DNA from: the human T2T-CHM13v2.0 reference genome, Homo sapiens
NCBI RefSeq assembly: GCF_009914755.1
Contig: NC_060927.1
Strand: one strand, 5' to 3'
Length of the DNA: 64,000 bases
The notes below the pieces were generated by a model that saw only the letters and a program-made list of their open reading frames with translations, searched no databases and was not told where the DNA came from. Below, one piece after another: positions 1 to 23,144 of this stretch. A program made the position numbers and the translations under genes. Every line of letters starts with the position of its first letter. The first letter of the stretch is position 1.

Positions 1-283
<283 letters not shown>

Positions 284-1330
284 CTATTAAAGCTGCAATA
301 TCCAAAAAATAGTACCATTAGCCTACAAGAGAAATGAAATGCAATCCTAGGATGACGATAATGCACTAGGATCTAGAAACAACTCTGTCCAAAATTAACC
401 TTTCCATAGTGTAATTTAAAAAGACCAATGACTTAGACATGTGGTGCAAATGGTATATGAAAAAAGGTGCAATTAAAAACAGGGGAGGGGAGCAGTTTAC
501 TGAAAGAGAACTACACAAGAAAGTACTAATCCAAACATAAGGCAAACTGAACTATGGCATTATTCTGAGATAATTATATATTTTAAGGAGACAAGGCTTA
601 GAATTAGAACACTCTCATCAAACTTACCAACATAAGATGGATCCATAAAGAAGGATATTTTGTATTTACATACAAATGAACATGTACAATATAATGTATC
701 AAGAAAGAACAAAAAAGGAGAAAAGAGAAGGAGGCTTCGGAAAGATGGAGATGACTCCAAAACAGCAGCTGAAATCAACTGAAAGACTTTTGCTGACTCT
801 CTGAGTTTACTCTTAAGTGGGCAGAAGTCAAAGAGAACTTTGCCTGCTCACTGGAATGTGTTTCTCTATTGGTCTCTAAGTCTGCATGTGCTGACCTTTA
901 AAAGACAGTATAAGGTTTGTCTGTTTTCCCTTCTGCTAGCAGGCTGCTAGACTGAACATGGTAGACAATGACTTTCCCTCTGAAGTTGGCTGTGTTCAAT
1001 ATTCTATTGTTTTTCTTATACAAGCACTGGGAGATTTTTGCAATTGATGTATTTTTAATCATTTAAAACTAAGCAAGCCATGACAATATAAAAGACAAAC
1101 TTACACCACAAATGAAACTACTAACAAAAATAACAAATATACTCATCTGGGGATGGCAGGGGTTGGGGGGAGACCCTCTCCTAAACATAGCAAGCACCAA
1201 AGGGCTGCTTTGACTTGCAATACTAAACTCCTTCCAAGAAATTTGGAAGTAAATTCAGAGTAACCAAAGATACAAAAAGCAATATGCAACAGGAGAAAGT
1301 ATTTGGGTGTGAATAAAGAATCAAAAAATG

Positions 1331-2039
<709 letters not shown>

Positions 2040-2054
2040 GAGATCTTACATATC

Positions 2055-2160
2055 TAACATCCTCATTTTACAAATAAGGAAACTGATGAACAATGAGCTT
2101 TCCAAAAATTATACTAGTTGGTAGGAGAAACAGGTCTCCTGACTTTCTATTCAGGGACTT
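2055..2160 (-). mobile_element. MIR fragment
   Basis: CCTCATTTTACAAATAAGGAAACTGA core. Confidence 0.65.
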
Positions 2161-2250
2161 TTACAAAGTAAAAGATTTCTGTGCTACATTTATAAGTAAA
2201 AGTTATTATCACAATATTTGTTCCAAAACCAAAAAAAGGCAGTGCAATCA

Positions 2251-2348
2251 TTTCTTTTTCTTTTTTTTTTTGAAGCAGGGTCTCACTCTGGTGTCCAGGC
2301 TCGAGTGCAGTGGCATGACCATGACTTACTGCAGCCTCGACCTCCCAG
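2251..2348 (-). mobile_element. AluJ right-arm fragment
   Basis: T-tract plus 3' end of Alu only. Confidence 0.85.
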
Positions 2349-2575
2349 TCACCTCTGTTTGCAAAAAGAAAAGAATTCTCCACGAAGTTCTTTTTCAGTC
2401 TACCATTTTATGATTTGACTCTCTTCATGTCGACAAAATTTCTTGAGTATCTATTAGAACTGTATAAGATTGTGGATATCTGAACATTTATTTACTGACA
2501 AAATGTGATTTCATATGGCTTGACTTAATAGTAAATGACAAGCACTGCATTTTTAGAAAGCGCTAATTTTATTAG

Positions 2576-2911
<336 letters not shown>

Positions 2912-2917
2912 TGACTT

Positions 2918-3204
2918 GGCCAGGTGTGGTGGCTCACACCTATAATCCCAGCACTTTGGGCGGTCAAGGCGGGCAGCTCACCTGAGGTCAGGAGTTCAAG
3001 ACCAGCCTGGCCGACGTGGTAAAAACCCTGTCTCTACTAAAAATACAAAAATTAGCCAGGCGTGGTGGTGCACACCCATAATCCCAGCTACTCAGGAGGC
3101 TGAGGCAGGAGAATTACTTGAACCTGGAAGGCGGAGGTTGCAGTGAGCCGAGATCGTACCACTGCACTCCAGCCTGGGCTACAAGTGCGAAACTCTGCCT
3201 CAAA

Positions 3205-3245
<41 letters not shown>

Positions 3246-3255
3246 TAATAATAAT
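2918..3255 (+). mobile_element. Alu (AluS) with (AAT)n tail
   Basis: Dimer; TSD AATAATATGCTGACTT on both sides. Confidence 0.95.
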
Positions 3256-4866
3256 ATGCTGACTTAGAGGCTCCTGGACTATTGTCATTAGAACTATAAA
3301 GCAAAGTCTATACATCTGAAGAGAAATTTCTTTTAAATATACTCTTCTCCTGTGTCCTTACTGCTTTGTATTACCTTACAAAGAAACTACTACATATACA
3401 ATTTCAGCTAATGAACATAAAGGATCAAAATTAGTGACTATTAGGCCAAATGTTTTGGCCAAAATTGTTGCAATTACCATGTAAACATAAATCCTGCTTG
3501 CCTATTATTCCATCAGTTTATACTTCCACTTAATCAAGGATTTAAGATTGAGTTTGCCTTGTCAGGCTCACAGAGGCTTAAATTACTTGTAAATAAACAT
3601 TCCCACAAGAGACTACATCATAAACGCTCATATTTATTACATCCCACTCAAATACAACAGTTTCTCTTTTAAAAATTGGCAATCTATACAAAACAGCAAT
3701 TTAGATTGGCCTTCAGGACAGAGAGGTATGATTCTTAGTAAATCACATTACATCAAGATGCTTTATTCTGAAGATGTAAGAAACGAATATATTTTTACAA
3801 AAACACTATATGTCAAGTGAATATATGGTTAGAGTGTAAGAAAAACTTATTTCCCTTGTCTTTAAGATTTTTCTAGAAGAATCTTAATCTTCCTATAAAA
3901 CCACCTGTCTGATAAAAGGAAGTCTGAAATCTTATCTCCAAATAAATCTTATCTCAAATTAATAAAAGACTAAATTTCAGAAGTTTCTCAGATTTCATTT
4001 TTGCTGTTACAGTAATTAAGTTATGCCATTATCTTATGCAGTTGATTTTAAGTGATGAACACCCACCTACATCATTATTTCCATATAGAACCACCAACAA
4101 TTAATTAGTTCAAACTAAAAATAATGAAATAAAGTATTAAAATGTTCTCCATAACTAAGAAAATACTGTCACTGTCAGCTTTACTATTTCTACCCATCAC
4201 CACGACTACCCCCCAAAAACCCTACATATCAATACAGCTTTCATCAAATTAGAATCAATTTGCTTGAAAAAACAGAAACATATGCATCACCCATTACTAT
4301 GTACACATCTGCCAGATAATGATTAGAGGCGGCAAGTATGCCAAGAGTCCAAAAAGCAGGTGAGAATCTTCTGTAGCCTAGAAAAAAGTGTATCTAGAGA
4401 AAACATAATAGTCTCCTCTATTCCCAAAGCACTTAAGACTAGTAAGACTTCCTGAAGTCTCCAACTCATAAATGGTCATTGTTTCACAGCTCAAGTAAAT
4501 ACATGTATGAACATGTAAAATAAAAAAGAGTAAGGGAGAACCTTAAATTCTCCAGTTTACTCTCAAATTTTAAAACTCAGAAAAGAGAGATCCAAAGTGG
4601 TTTCCCTTTGCCAAAAGCCATCTAGAAAACTAGAGACAAAGCTACAATTAGGACAAACATCTCCCAACTCCCACCAAGCCCAGAGTTCCCTCCCCAAAAT
4701 GAATACTCACTGAACCCACAAGAGAAGCACCAGTTCAGAGTGCAAACCTAGGTCAAACAGGCCCCTTGGTGCAGTGGCCCATATAGTGTTTTGAAAAATG
4801 GCCAATATCTCCAAAATCAGTAATCTTTGAATGAAAATACAGTTTTACAGCTTTTTTAAAAAACAG

Positions 4867-5156
4867 GGCCAGGCGCGTTGGCTCAGTCCTGTAATCCCAG
4901 AACTTTAGGAGGCTGAAATGGGAGGATCCCTTAAGCCCAGGGGCTCGAGACCAGCCTGGGCAGCACAGTGAAACTCCGTGTCTACAAAAAATAAAAAAAA
5001 TTAGCCGAGCATGCACCTGTGGTTCCAGCTACTCAGGAGACTAAAATGGGAGGATCGTTTGAGCCCGGGAGGTCAAGGCTGCAGTGAGCCATGATTGCGG
5101 AACTGCACCTCAGCCTTGGGTGATAGTGTAAGACCCTGTCTCAAAAAAATAAAAAA
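4867..5156 (+). mobile_element. AluJ
   Basis: J-type GGGAGGATC...GGTCAAGGCTGCAG. Confidence 0.9.
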
Positions 5157-5270
5157 TCCGAAGATCAGGCCATGACTATGTATTTCCACTTAGCAACAAT
5201 ATACTGGAGCTGAGAAATAACTGCCTCTGTAGATACCCATTCACACAATATCTGCAGCATAAGTTCTTAA

Positions 5271-7299
<2,029 letters not shown>

Positions 7300-7300
<1 letters not shown>

Positions 7301-7400
7301 ATATATATATATATAATATATGTATTATATATTCATATGTAATATTATGTATTATATATTACATATTCACATGTAATATATATTATATATTTTATATATA
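7300..7400. repeat. (TA)n low-complexity tract grown from an Alu tail
   Basis: Degenerate TATA repeats. Confidence 0.9.
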
Positions 7401-7410
7401 TGGCATTTCT

Positions 7411-7548
7411 GGCCAGGTGTGGTGGCTCACGTCTGTAATCCCACCACTTTGAAAGGCTGAGGTGGGAGGATCATCTAAGGCTAAGAATTTGATTTCAGTC
7501 TTGGCAACACAGTGAGACCCTGTCTCAATTAGAAAATAAAAAAAAATT
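7411..7548 (+). mobile_element. FLAM (Alu monomer)
   Basis: Single left monomer plus A-tail. Confidence 0.85.
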
Positions 7549-7768
7549 TAAACACAGCATTTCCAGTCCTTTCAAACTCAGATGAAGTTTAATTAAAATC
7601 TTCAGGGGACACCCCAGTAAAGCAACAGCATACCTCACACCCAGATGCTGGTTTCTAATACCATTCTCTGATAAAGAAACCAAGACTCTTTGGAGAAATG
7701 ACTAATTCTAGGACTGAGAACAAAATATTCAAGATGAGCCTGAAGTACCTTGTATTTCCAGAAAGTTA

Positions 7769-8140
<372 letters not shown>

Positions 8141-8433
8141 TCAATTACACAGGAGTCAACTAAAAAAGTTCCCAATGACCAAAGCTGGAACAATATAAAC
8201 AATAGACTGAATAAATAAATGAGAGAGAATAAGCAAGTCTTCAGTGAAGAATTCCAAACAAGATACTCCACTTCCAAGAGGTAGAACATAACCCTTCATC
8301 CTTTACATGTGCATAGCACATAGTGACCTCCTTCTAAAGAGTACAATATGAAAATGGGAGGGGGGGGTAAGAGAAATATGACAAATACTACCTAAGCCAA
8401 GTGATCAAGACTAATATCAATAGTGATAAATCA

Positions 8434-9321
<888 letters not shown>

Positions 9322-9579
9322 CTAATCATGAGAAAAAGATCAGACAACTCCCAACTGAAGGACACTCTACAAAATATCAGACCAGTACTCCTCAAAACTG
9401 TCAAAGTCATCAAAAACAAGGGAGGTGTAAGAAACTGTCATAGCCAAGAGAAAGCTAAGTATGATAACTAAACATAATGTGGTATCCTAGATGAGATCCT
9501 AGAACAGAAAAAGGTATTTAGGTAAAAATTAAGGAAATCTAAATAAACTATGAACTTTAGTTAATAATAATGTATGAAA

Positions 9580-10009
<430 letters not shown>

Positions 10010-10892
10010 TTACTTCCAACTTAAATCTGATCCACGACCTAAAACTGCACTCTGAAATAATCTACAATTCCCCTGAGAAACTTAATAAATATAGACAAAA
10101 GTGTGTATATCAATTAACTTACAAGTCTCTAATCACTGCAAACTAGCTGACTCTCGTTAAAGCTTCAAATCTTAAAGTTCTACCACTGGTACTCTTAGAA
10201 GCTAACTTACCCTTGTTGATCACAGAGAGACAACAGTGACCAAGTCTAATAAAAGCTTATTCATGTACACAGAAACAAAACAAAGTAACTTGGTGATGTG
10301 CACATCTAATATTTCCAACCAAATCACAAAACTTTAGAAAGGGCATTTGAATCCAACCTCCTTATTTTAAAAGTGAGAAAAGTCCAAGGAGATTAACAAA
10401 TATATTTGTTCAAAGTCATCCCTGAGTTCTCAACTAAAAGTAGAATTTCTTTTCTGTCCTATATCCCAAATCAGGAAGCAAGGGGAAAAGGTAGGAGGTA
10501 TTATCATTCTGATCATCATTTCCTCTGCTAACTTAGAATGCTTTCGTTTCTCAGGGATAAAGAAGGTAAGTCCAGCTATATCTATGTATTGGAAATAGCA
10601 TCACATAGCTCTCCTTTTTAAAATGGCATGCCCTCCTCATGTGGATTTTTATCTTCTATTTAACTATCAGTTATCGCACTATGCTTCTACAGTTAGTATC
10701 TATGATGTGAAAGTTGAAGCCCTGGTTAAAGCTTCTTAAATCTACCATTTTATTTTGTACAAACAGAAAAGTATATTAGTTTTCTTTCCAGCTGTCCTTA
10801 ATTTTTTTAATTGAAGTGAAGTTTACATAACATACAATTAACCATTTTAAAGTACATTATGATTTCTCTCCAGTTTCAAACTGTCCTTAAGA

Positions 10893-11207
<315 letters not shown>

Positions 11208-11648
11208 AGAATTTTTAATTAAAGATGCACTAATCCAAATGTAGATGAGCTACTCAATTTTCAGTTAATTAATCACATCTGAAGATAATGATGGCCTATG
11301 CCCTCATATCAAGTGTATCCTGAGCCCTTTTATCATTCTAATCTCTTTCTACACGTGGCCAACCAGAGTGCATACATATTGTGCCAAGTACCTTTCACCT
11401 TTTTCTACATATCAGTAGTATTCTATTTCACAGAAAACTCACACTCCTGCCCTAAACATAACCACAGAGTTAGGCTTATTGTGTGGTTAGCCTATCTGGC
11501 ATGCCTTTGTCTCACAAATGCTTAGAGGACATTTCACACTACTTAGAAAGGAATGATCTCATCCCACTGACCCAACAGCTAATTTTATCAAAAAGCTTTT
11601 TGTTAAAAGCTGTGATAACCCAGGAAACCAGATCTATTTTTACTTTTA

Positions 11649-13266
<1,618 letters not shown>

Positions 13267-13269
13267 TTA

Positions 13270-13435
13270 TTGCAGACTTATATTCCAGAGACCATTCTAA
13301 TCACTTTACATAAATTACTTTGCTTAATATGTTGAACAACTCTAGGACATAGATAACCCCATTTAAAATGAGGACACCAGGGCACTTAGAGGTTAAATAA
13401 CTTGCCTAAGATTGCTCAGCTAGTAAAGTGGCACA
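13270..13435 (-). mobile_element. MIR
   Basis: AGAGGTTAAATAACTTGCCTAAGATTGCTCAGCTAGTAA. Confidence 0.7.
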
Positions 13436-14704
13436 ACTCTTAATTTACTACCAAATATTGTCTCTCACAGCAATCTTTATAGCAAGCTCTATGCAAAGCA
13501 AAATGATCATTCAACAGACTGAAAAGTCAAAGGCTATGATAATAGCCTTTAACAATTGAACACTAGTTTAATTGTTTATAACGCTACCTCCCACCTTTTC
13601 CACCCACAGCCACCCAATCCCATCCAGGCTGGGTAACCAGTTAGCTCCCTTCACCAACACCACTACCGACCTGACCCTCAAATGTAACACGTGAAACTGC
13701 CACACATTAAGCATTCATCTCCTATTAACTTTATGCCTCCTGTTTTTTAATTCTTAAAAACAGTTGTTATTCATCATTTATCATATTTCTGTGTACTCAA
13801 AGTACATGAATGTGCCTTCTGTCTTCGTAGGTCCAAGGGGGCGCCTTCTTGATATCGTCATGTATAGAGCTATGGCCAAATGCTGTGACATAGGGTATGC
13901 CCCTCCAGACTCTTGACGAGGCTGTTCTTTCTATGTAAACAGTACCAGTCTCTGAGCTAAAACACTTAAGAAACACAAAATAGATCAAGAGCACTGTTTA
14001 GAGTGAATCTCCCTAAGTTTATATGTATCAATCAGTATGCATATGAAAACCAAATGAGTGAAGGCGGCTGATGTAAACAAAAGAGCCTGCAACAGGCAAA
14101 CATAAGCAATGAAAGCTAATATAGTATCTTCTGGTGTGTAGACCAGCTGTCTGACTTTCTAATGGTGAATGTTAGCCTACAGTAAGATAAAACAAAAGAT
14201 GACTATAAGGCTGAGAGATAAAGACTAAAATGAGGTTACTGGCTTACAGCCTGAAAAGTATTCTGAAGCCAAAAATCAGATACAGAATTTGGACCCCTAT
14301 GAAATGCATAAGGCTCTCCCCAAATCTCAACTACACCTCCCTACCCTGTCATTGATTCTTAGTGGGTCAGAATACATTCAGTAAGAATACTAGCATCAAC
14401 ATGAAATAAAATCTAAAAAGGAAATAAACTCTAGTAAATAAAGTTCTGAGGAAAGTAAAAAAGGGTCCCTCCAAGAATAGGAAAAGCTGTCACAAGAGGT
14501 ACAGAACCTCCCTTTAGCTCTTCATGTGCTGGATTGATCCTATATACTCAAAAGCTGCATCAGAATGAGTAACATATGAATAAGAGTGGATAAGAATACT
14601 AAATCAAAAATGATTTATATCAATTATTGTCCATCTTCAATACTAAAATAATTCTTTCACGCTTAATAATTAAAATGCTATTCTTCTTCTCCACCTTTTC
14701 ACTT

Positions 14705-14998
14705 TATTTATTTATGAGACAGGGTCTCATTCTGTTACTCAGGCTGGCGTGCAGTGACACAATCTTGGCTTACTGCAGCCTCGATCTCCTGAGGCTCAGG
14801 TGATCCTCCCACCTCAGCCTCCCAAGTAGCTGGAACTCCAAGCACATGCCACCATGCCTGGCTAATTTTTGTATTTTTTGTAGAGACAGGGCTTCTCCAT
14901 GTTGCCCAGGCTGGTCTCAAACTCCTGGGCCCAAGCGATCCTGTCACCTTGGCCTCCCAAAGTGCTAGGATTACAGGTGTGAACCACAGCACCCAGCT
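14705..14998 (-). mobile_element. AluJ
   Basis: Antisense dimer with J diagnostics. Confidence 0.92.
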
Positions 14999-15188
14999 TC
15001 AATATTTTCAGTACCTACCCCTCAACCTACCTCCATCCCTATGAAAGTCGCCATGACTTCAGGAGCACTCTATATGATATGTACTTCTAGTACACAGTTA
15101 ATGTATGACATGTGCTTCTACTATACCACTTTATTATTTATGTGCCTATTACCCTCTATAAACTGTGAGCTCAAGAGTGAGGATTTTC

Positions 15189-15642
<454 letters not shown>

Positions 15643-15705
15643 TTATCACCATCCATGGCAAAAAAAAATTTATATTATGATCCATATTCACATACACATA
15701 TATAA

Positions 15706-16063
<358 letters not shown>

Positions 16064-16122
16064 TACTGAAATCTTCTATTCCATTATCTTCTAGTGTTGT
16101 TTTGCTTTTAAGAGTTGGCTGT

Positions 16123-16445
16123 AGGCCAAGGGCGATGGCTCATGCCTGTAATCCCAGCATTTTGGGAGGCTGAGGTAGGCAGATCACACGAGCCCAGGAG
16201 TTCAAGATCAGCCTGGGCAACATGGTGAGATCCAGTCTCTACAAAAAATACAAAAATTAGCCAGGCATGGTGATGCACGCCTATAGTCCCACCTATTTGG
16301 GAGGGCTAAGATAGGAGAATTACCTAAGCCTGGGGAGGTAAAGGCTGCAGTGAGCCGAGATCATACCACTGCACTCCAGCCTGGGAGACAGAGGGAAACT
16401 CTGTCTCAAAAAAAACAAACAAACAAAAACAGCAACAGAAAAAAT
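16123..16445 (+). mobile_element. AluJ
   Basis: Dimer. Confidence 0.9.
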
Positions 16446-16534
16446 AGTTGGCAGTGAGTCATAATTTGAAAAATTTCAGTCCTGGTAAAAACCAATCTCT
16501 TAACAGAAAGAGGTACTATTAAAACTGGTTTTCA

Positions 16535-16856
16535 GTTTTCCAGTGCTGACGATCCCCTCACGAGAACAGGCCTCTCACAAAGAATCTCCCTCCCTCTCCA
16601 GAAAAAAAGAGCAAGCACAAGAAGTGCCTGGTGCAGAGCCCCAATTCTTACTTCCTGAACGTGAAATGCCCAGGATGCTATAAAATCACCATGGTCGTCA
16701 GTCATGCACAATAGTAGTTGTGTGTCTGGCTGCTCTGCTGTCCTCTGCCAGCCTACAGGAAGGCTCTCCTTCAGATAGAGACAGCACTGAAAGAACCCTG
16801 AATCAAGATGAGTGGGAAACTATATCAATAAACACATATGGATGCCAAAAATAAAT
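16535..16856 (+). pseudogene. RPS27: Processed pseudogene of ribosomal protein S27 (RPS27 retrocopy)
   Basis: Intronless copy from 5'UTR to AATAAA and A-tail; contains CTGGTGCAGAGCCCCAATTCTTACTTC...GTGAAATGCCCAGGATGCTATAAAATCACC ([19 protein letters not shown]); start ATG mutated to AGG at 16568-16570; indels; TSD TAAAACTGGTTTTCA (16520-16534) / TAAAAGTAGTTTTCA (16856-16870). Symbol refers to the parent gene. Confidence 0.93.
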
Positions 16857-16859
16857 AAA

Positions 16860-17006
16860 AGTAGTTTTCAAACTTTAACGTGGACATCCCATGGAAAGGT
16901 GGTTTAAAAGAGATTATGAAGTTCTATTCCCAGAATTTGATTTAGTAAATCTGGGTAGGAGTCCAGAAATCTGTATTTTAAAGCAGTCCAAATGGTTCTG
17001 ATGCAG
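16860..17006. mobile_element. MER5 (hAT-Charlie) fossil
   Basis: GATTTAGTAAATCTGGGTAGGAGTCCAGAAATCTGTATTTTAA...GGTTCTGATGCAG. Confidence 0.7.
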
Positions 17007-17560
17007 ATGATAAAACAATCCTTATCAGAAACATGCTTACATAATTTAAGATTTAATCTCAAAAGTCATAGCTTGAACTCTTCTTGCACTAAGTTAAAGG
17101 TTAAACAAAGTATCTGCAAGAGGATTCTGTCCTGCTAACAGACTGGTTTTTAATCTGAACATTGTTTGGCTCAACAGTCCTTTCATAGACTTCCTCTAAA
17201 GCAACTTGGTAAGCCACTAAAATCTAACTGTTCCTCTTAACTACAGCCCTTTGCACCAAGAAAACAGAAGAATGATATAAATGAAAGGCATTTCTGTTGC
17301 CCAGTCATTGGCTCTATAACTGAAAGGGCTTTTGAAAACCAGTCACATTGACTATACAAGTGACATATGCAGTCATCAGTTTGGAATCTCTAAGGACTAC
17401 AGCTCAAAAACAATCACTAACAGCTCAAAGTCTGACCCCAAAGTGCTTAAAAGCCATTGATGAAATAAAGCCTTCATAAGAACATTCTACAATCCACGCT
17501 TCTACTCCTTGCTATTACAAGCCAATAGGATCTTAAGGTTTTAAATTTGACAAAATCATA

Positions 17561-18303
<743 letters not shown>

Positions 18304-18381
18304 AATAAAATTGTATTTTAAATGCACCAAGTACCTGCGTCAACAATCCAAAAATGATATTAAGAAAACAATTCTGCTTAA

Positions 18382-18715
<334 letters not shown>

Positions 18716-19221
18716 GAAGTGAACAATTTATACTCTGAAAAATTAAAAAAAAAAAATTCCTGAAAGAAATTAAGGAAGATTTAAATAAATGGAAAGACAT
18801 TTAAGTTCATGGATCAGAAGATTTAACATTGCTAAGATGGCAATGCTTCCCAAACTGATCTACAGATTCAGGCACAGTGGCTCACTCCTGTAATCCCAAC
18901 ACTTTGGTAGGCCAAACTGGGCATTATTACTTGAGCCCAGGAGTTCAAGACCAGCCTGGGCAACATGGCAAAACCCCATCTCAGTCTGGGTGATGCGGTG
19001 CGACCCTGTGTCCAAAAAAATACATGAAAATCACACCAAGCTTCTTTGTAGAAATTGACAATCAATCCTAAAATTCATATGGAAATTCAAGGGACCCAGA
19101 ATAGCTAAAACAACCCTGAAATAAAAACAAGGTTGACGGACACATACTTTCCACTTTCATAACATACTACAGAAAGCTATAATAGTCAAGACAATGTGGT
19201 ACTAGTATAAGCACAGACAAA

Positions 19222-19705
19222 GTCCTGGGAGGGTAGCACACCCGAATTCCACCAGGAGAGATGCTCCTGCTCTCAGGACCTTTCCAGACCTTGTCTTATA
19301 TATCTCTTCAGCTGGCTATTTATGTGTATCCTTTAAAATATCCTTTGTAATAAACTGGTAAACATGTGTTTTCGAGTTGTGCGAGCTGCTCTAGCAAGTT
19401 AAGCCCATGGCTATAAATGGGAACACCAATTTATAGCCAGTCAGTCAGAAGCACAGGTAAAATAAGCGGGAGCTTACAACTGGCATGTGAAGTGTGGGGA
19501 GAGGCAGTCTTGGAAACTGAGCCCTCAACCTGTGGAATCTTGATGCTATCTCCAGGTTGATTATGTCAGAATTGAGTGGCTGTCAGCTGCAGAAATGACT
19601 GCTTGCTTGCCTGCTGGTGGGGAGAAATCCCCACACATCTGCTTTCAGTAGGGTGCTATAAGAATATCAGCAGTAGGAGAAACGGAGTTTGTTTTTTCCA
19701 CACAC
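19222..19705 (+). mobile_element. MER21 (MER21B-like) LTR fragment
   Basis: GCTCCTGCTCTCAGGACCTTTCCAGACCTTG, TGTAATAAACTGGTAAAC, TTTATAGCCAGTCAGTCAGAAGCACAGGT. Confidence 0.8.
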
Positions 19706-20233
19706 ACCTGTATCTAAAATACCAAAAACTCTGGCAACTTAATAATAAAAAGGCAAATTAATTTAAAAATGAACAAAGAATCTGTACATTTCTCCAAAGA
19801 TAATATACAAATGGCCAATAAACACATTAGTCACCAGAAAAATGAAAGTCAAAACCACAATGAGATCCTACACCCAGTAGCATGACTAAAATAAAAAAAA
19901 ACAGGTAATGAATGGCAAGTGTTTTAGATGTGGCAAGAACTGGAACCCTCATATACTGCTAATGAGAACATAAAATGGTGCAGCCACCTTGAAAAAGTCT
20001 GGGAGCTCCTCAAAAGATTAAACAGAGTTACCATATGAAAGCAGAAATAACCCAAATGTTCCTCAACAAATAAATGATAAATAAAATGAGGTACATACAT
20101 ACAATGGAATATTATTCAGCCATAAAAGGGAATAAAGTCCTAATACATGCTACAAGATGGGTGAACCCTGAAAACATCACAAAAGACCACCTACTATATT
20201 AATCTGTGTATATAAAATATCCAGAGTAGGTAA

Positions 20234-20704
<471 letters not shown>

Positions 20705-21126
20705 TGAATTCTACACTTTAAGTGGGTGAATGGTATGGTATATAAAATATATCTCAACAAAACTGTTACCAAAAAGAGAGATAACACCAAACACATGAAA
20801 CTTCCTTCCTATGAGATTATTCTTAATACTAGCTTTAAGGATATTTCCTTTTTGCATTACTTTTAGAATATTTTCTACAAATATTATTTTCAGTCAGTCC
20901 AAGTTTTTTAAAAGCAAAACTTGTCAAAGGAAACATACTTTGTTAGAGATGCATATACAAACTCTGCAAAGAAAAGGCTAGTTAGGGGGTACCCCTAAAA
21001 ACTAAGAAGAAAAATTAAACTTTCCACAGTTTACAAACAGGCAGCTTTCATTTTACACAATAGTGCAAAACCGTAAAAGTAAGAATGCACGCTGAAACCA
21101 TGCAAAGTGATCATAATAATTAATGA

Positions 21127-22645
<1,519 letters not shown>

Positions 22646-22666
22646 CTAATCATTAATGCACTAAAG

Positions 22667-22926
22667 CAGGAGGTGAGCGAAGGGCAGGCGAGCATCTCCG
22701 CCTCCTGTCACATCAGTCGTGGCATTAGATTCTCATAAGAGCACAAACCCTACTGTGAACTGTGCATGCGAGGGCTCTAGACTGTGCACTCTTTATGAGA
22801 ATCCAATGCCTGATGATCTTCTGAGGTGGAAGAGTTTTATCCCGAAAACATCCCCTCCCCCAGCGTCCCCTTCCATGGAAAAACTGTCTTCCACTAAATC
22901 AGTGCTAAAAAGGTTGAGGACCACTG
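22667..22926 (+). mobile_element. MER1B (hAT-Charlie)
   Basis: GGCATTAGATTCTCATAAGAGCACAAACCCTACTGTGAACTG...AAAAAGGTTGAGGACCACTG; 8-bp TSD CACTAAAG/CACTAGAG. Confidence 0.88.
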
Positions 22927-23028
22927 CACTAGAGAACATAGAAATATTGAAAATTATAATGTTTAAGTTCTTTGAAAAAATTTATTAGGGGTAGTTTAAA
23001 TAGTGCTTACATTCTTCTCATCATACAA

Positions 23029-23144
23029 TAGAGACGGGGTTTCACCCTGTTAGCCAGGATGGTCTCGATCTCCTGACCTTGTGATCCGCCTGCCTCGGCC
23101 TCCCAAAGTGCTGGGATTACAGGCGTAAGCCACCGCGCCCGGCT
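23029..23144 (-). mobile_element. AluY left arm only (right arm and tail missing)
   Basis: TGTTAGCCAGGATGGTCTCGATCTCCTGACCTTGTGATCCG; no T-tract. Confidence 0.88.

Noticed and set aside
10211-10245. 35-nt exon-like unit on minus strand (TTTTATTAG|...AGG|GTAAGT)
   Set aside because: Good donor, but the pyrimidine tract is broken and there is no other support; such pairs arise by chance in 64 kb.
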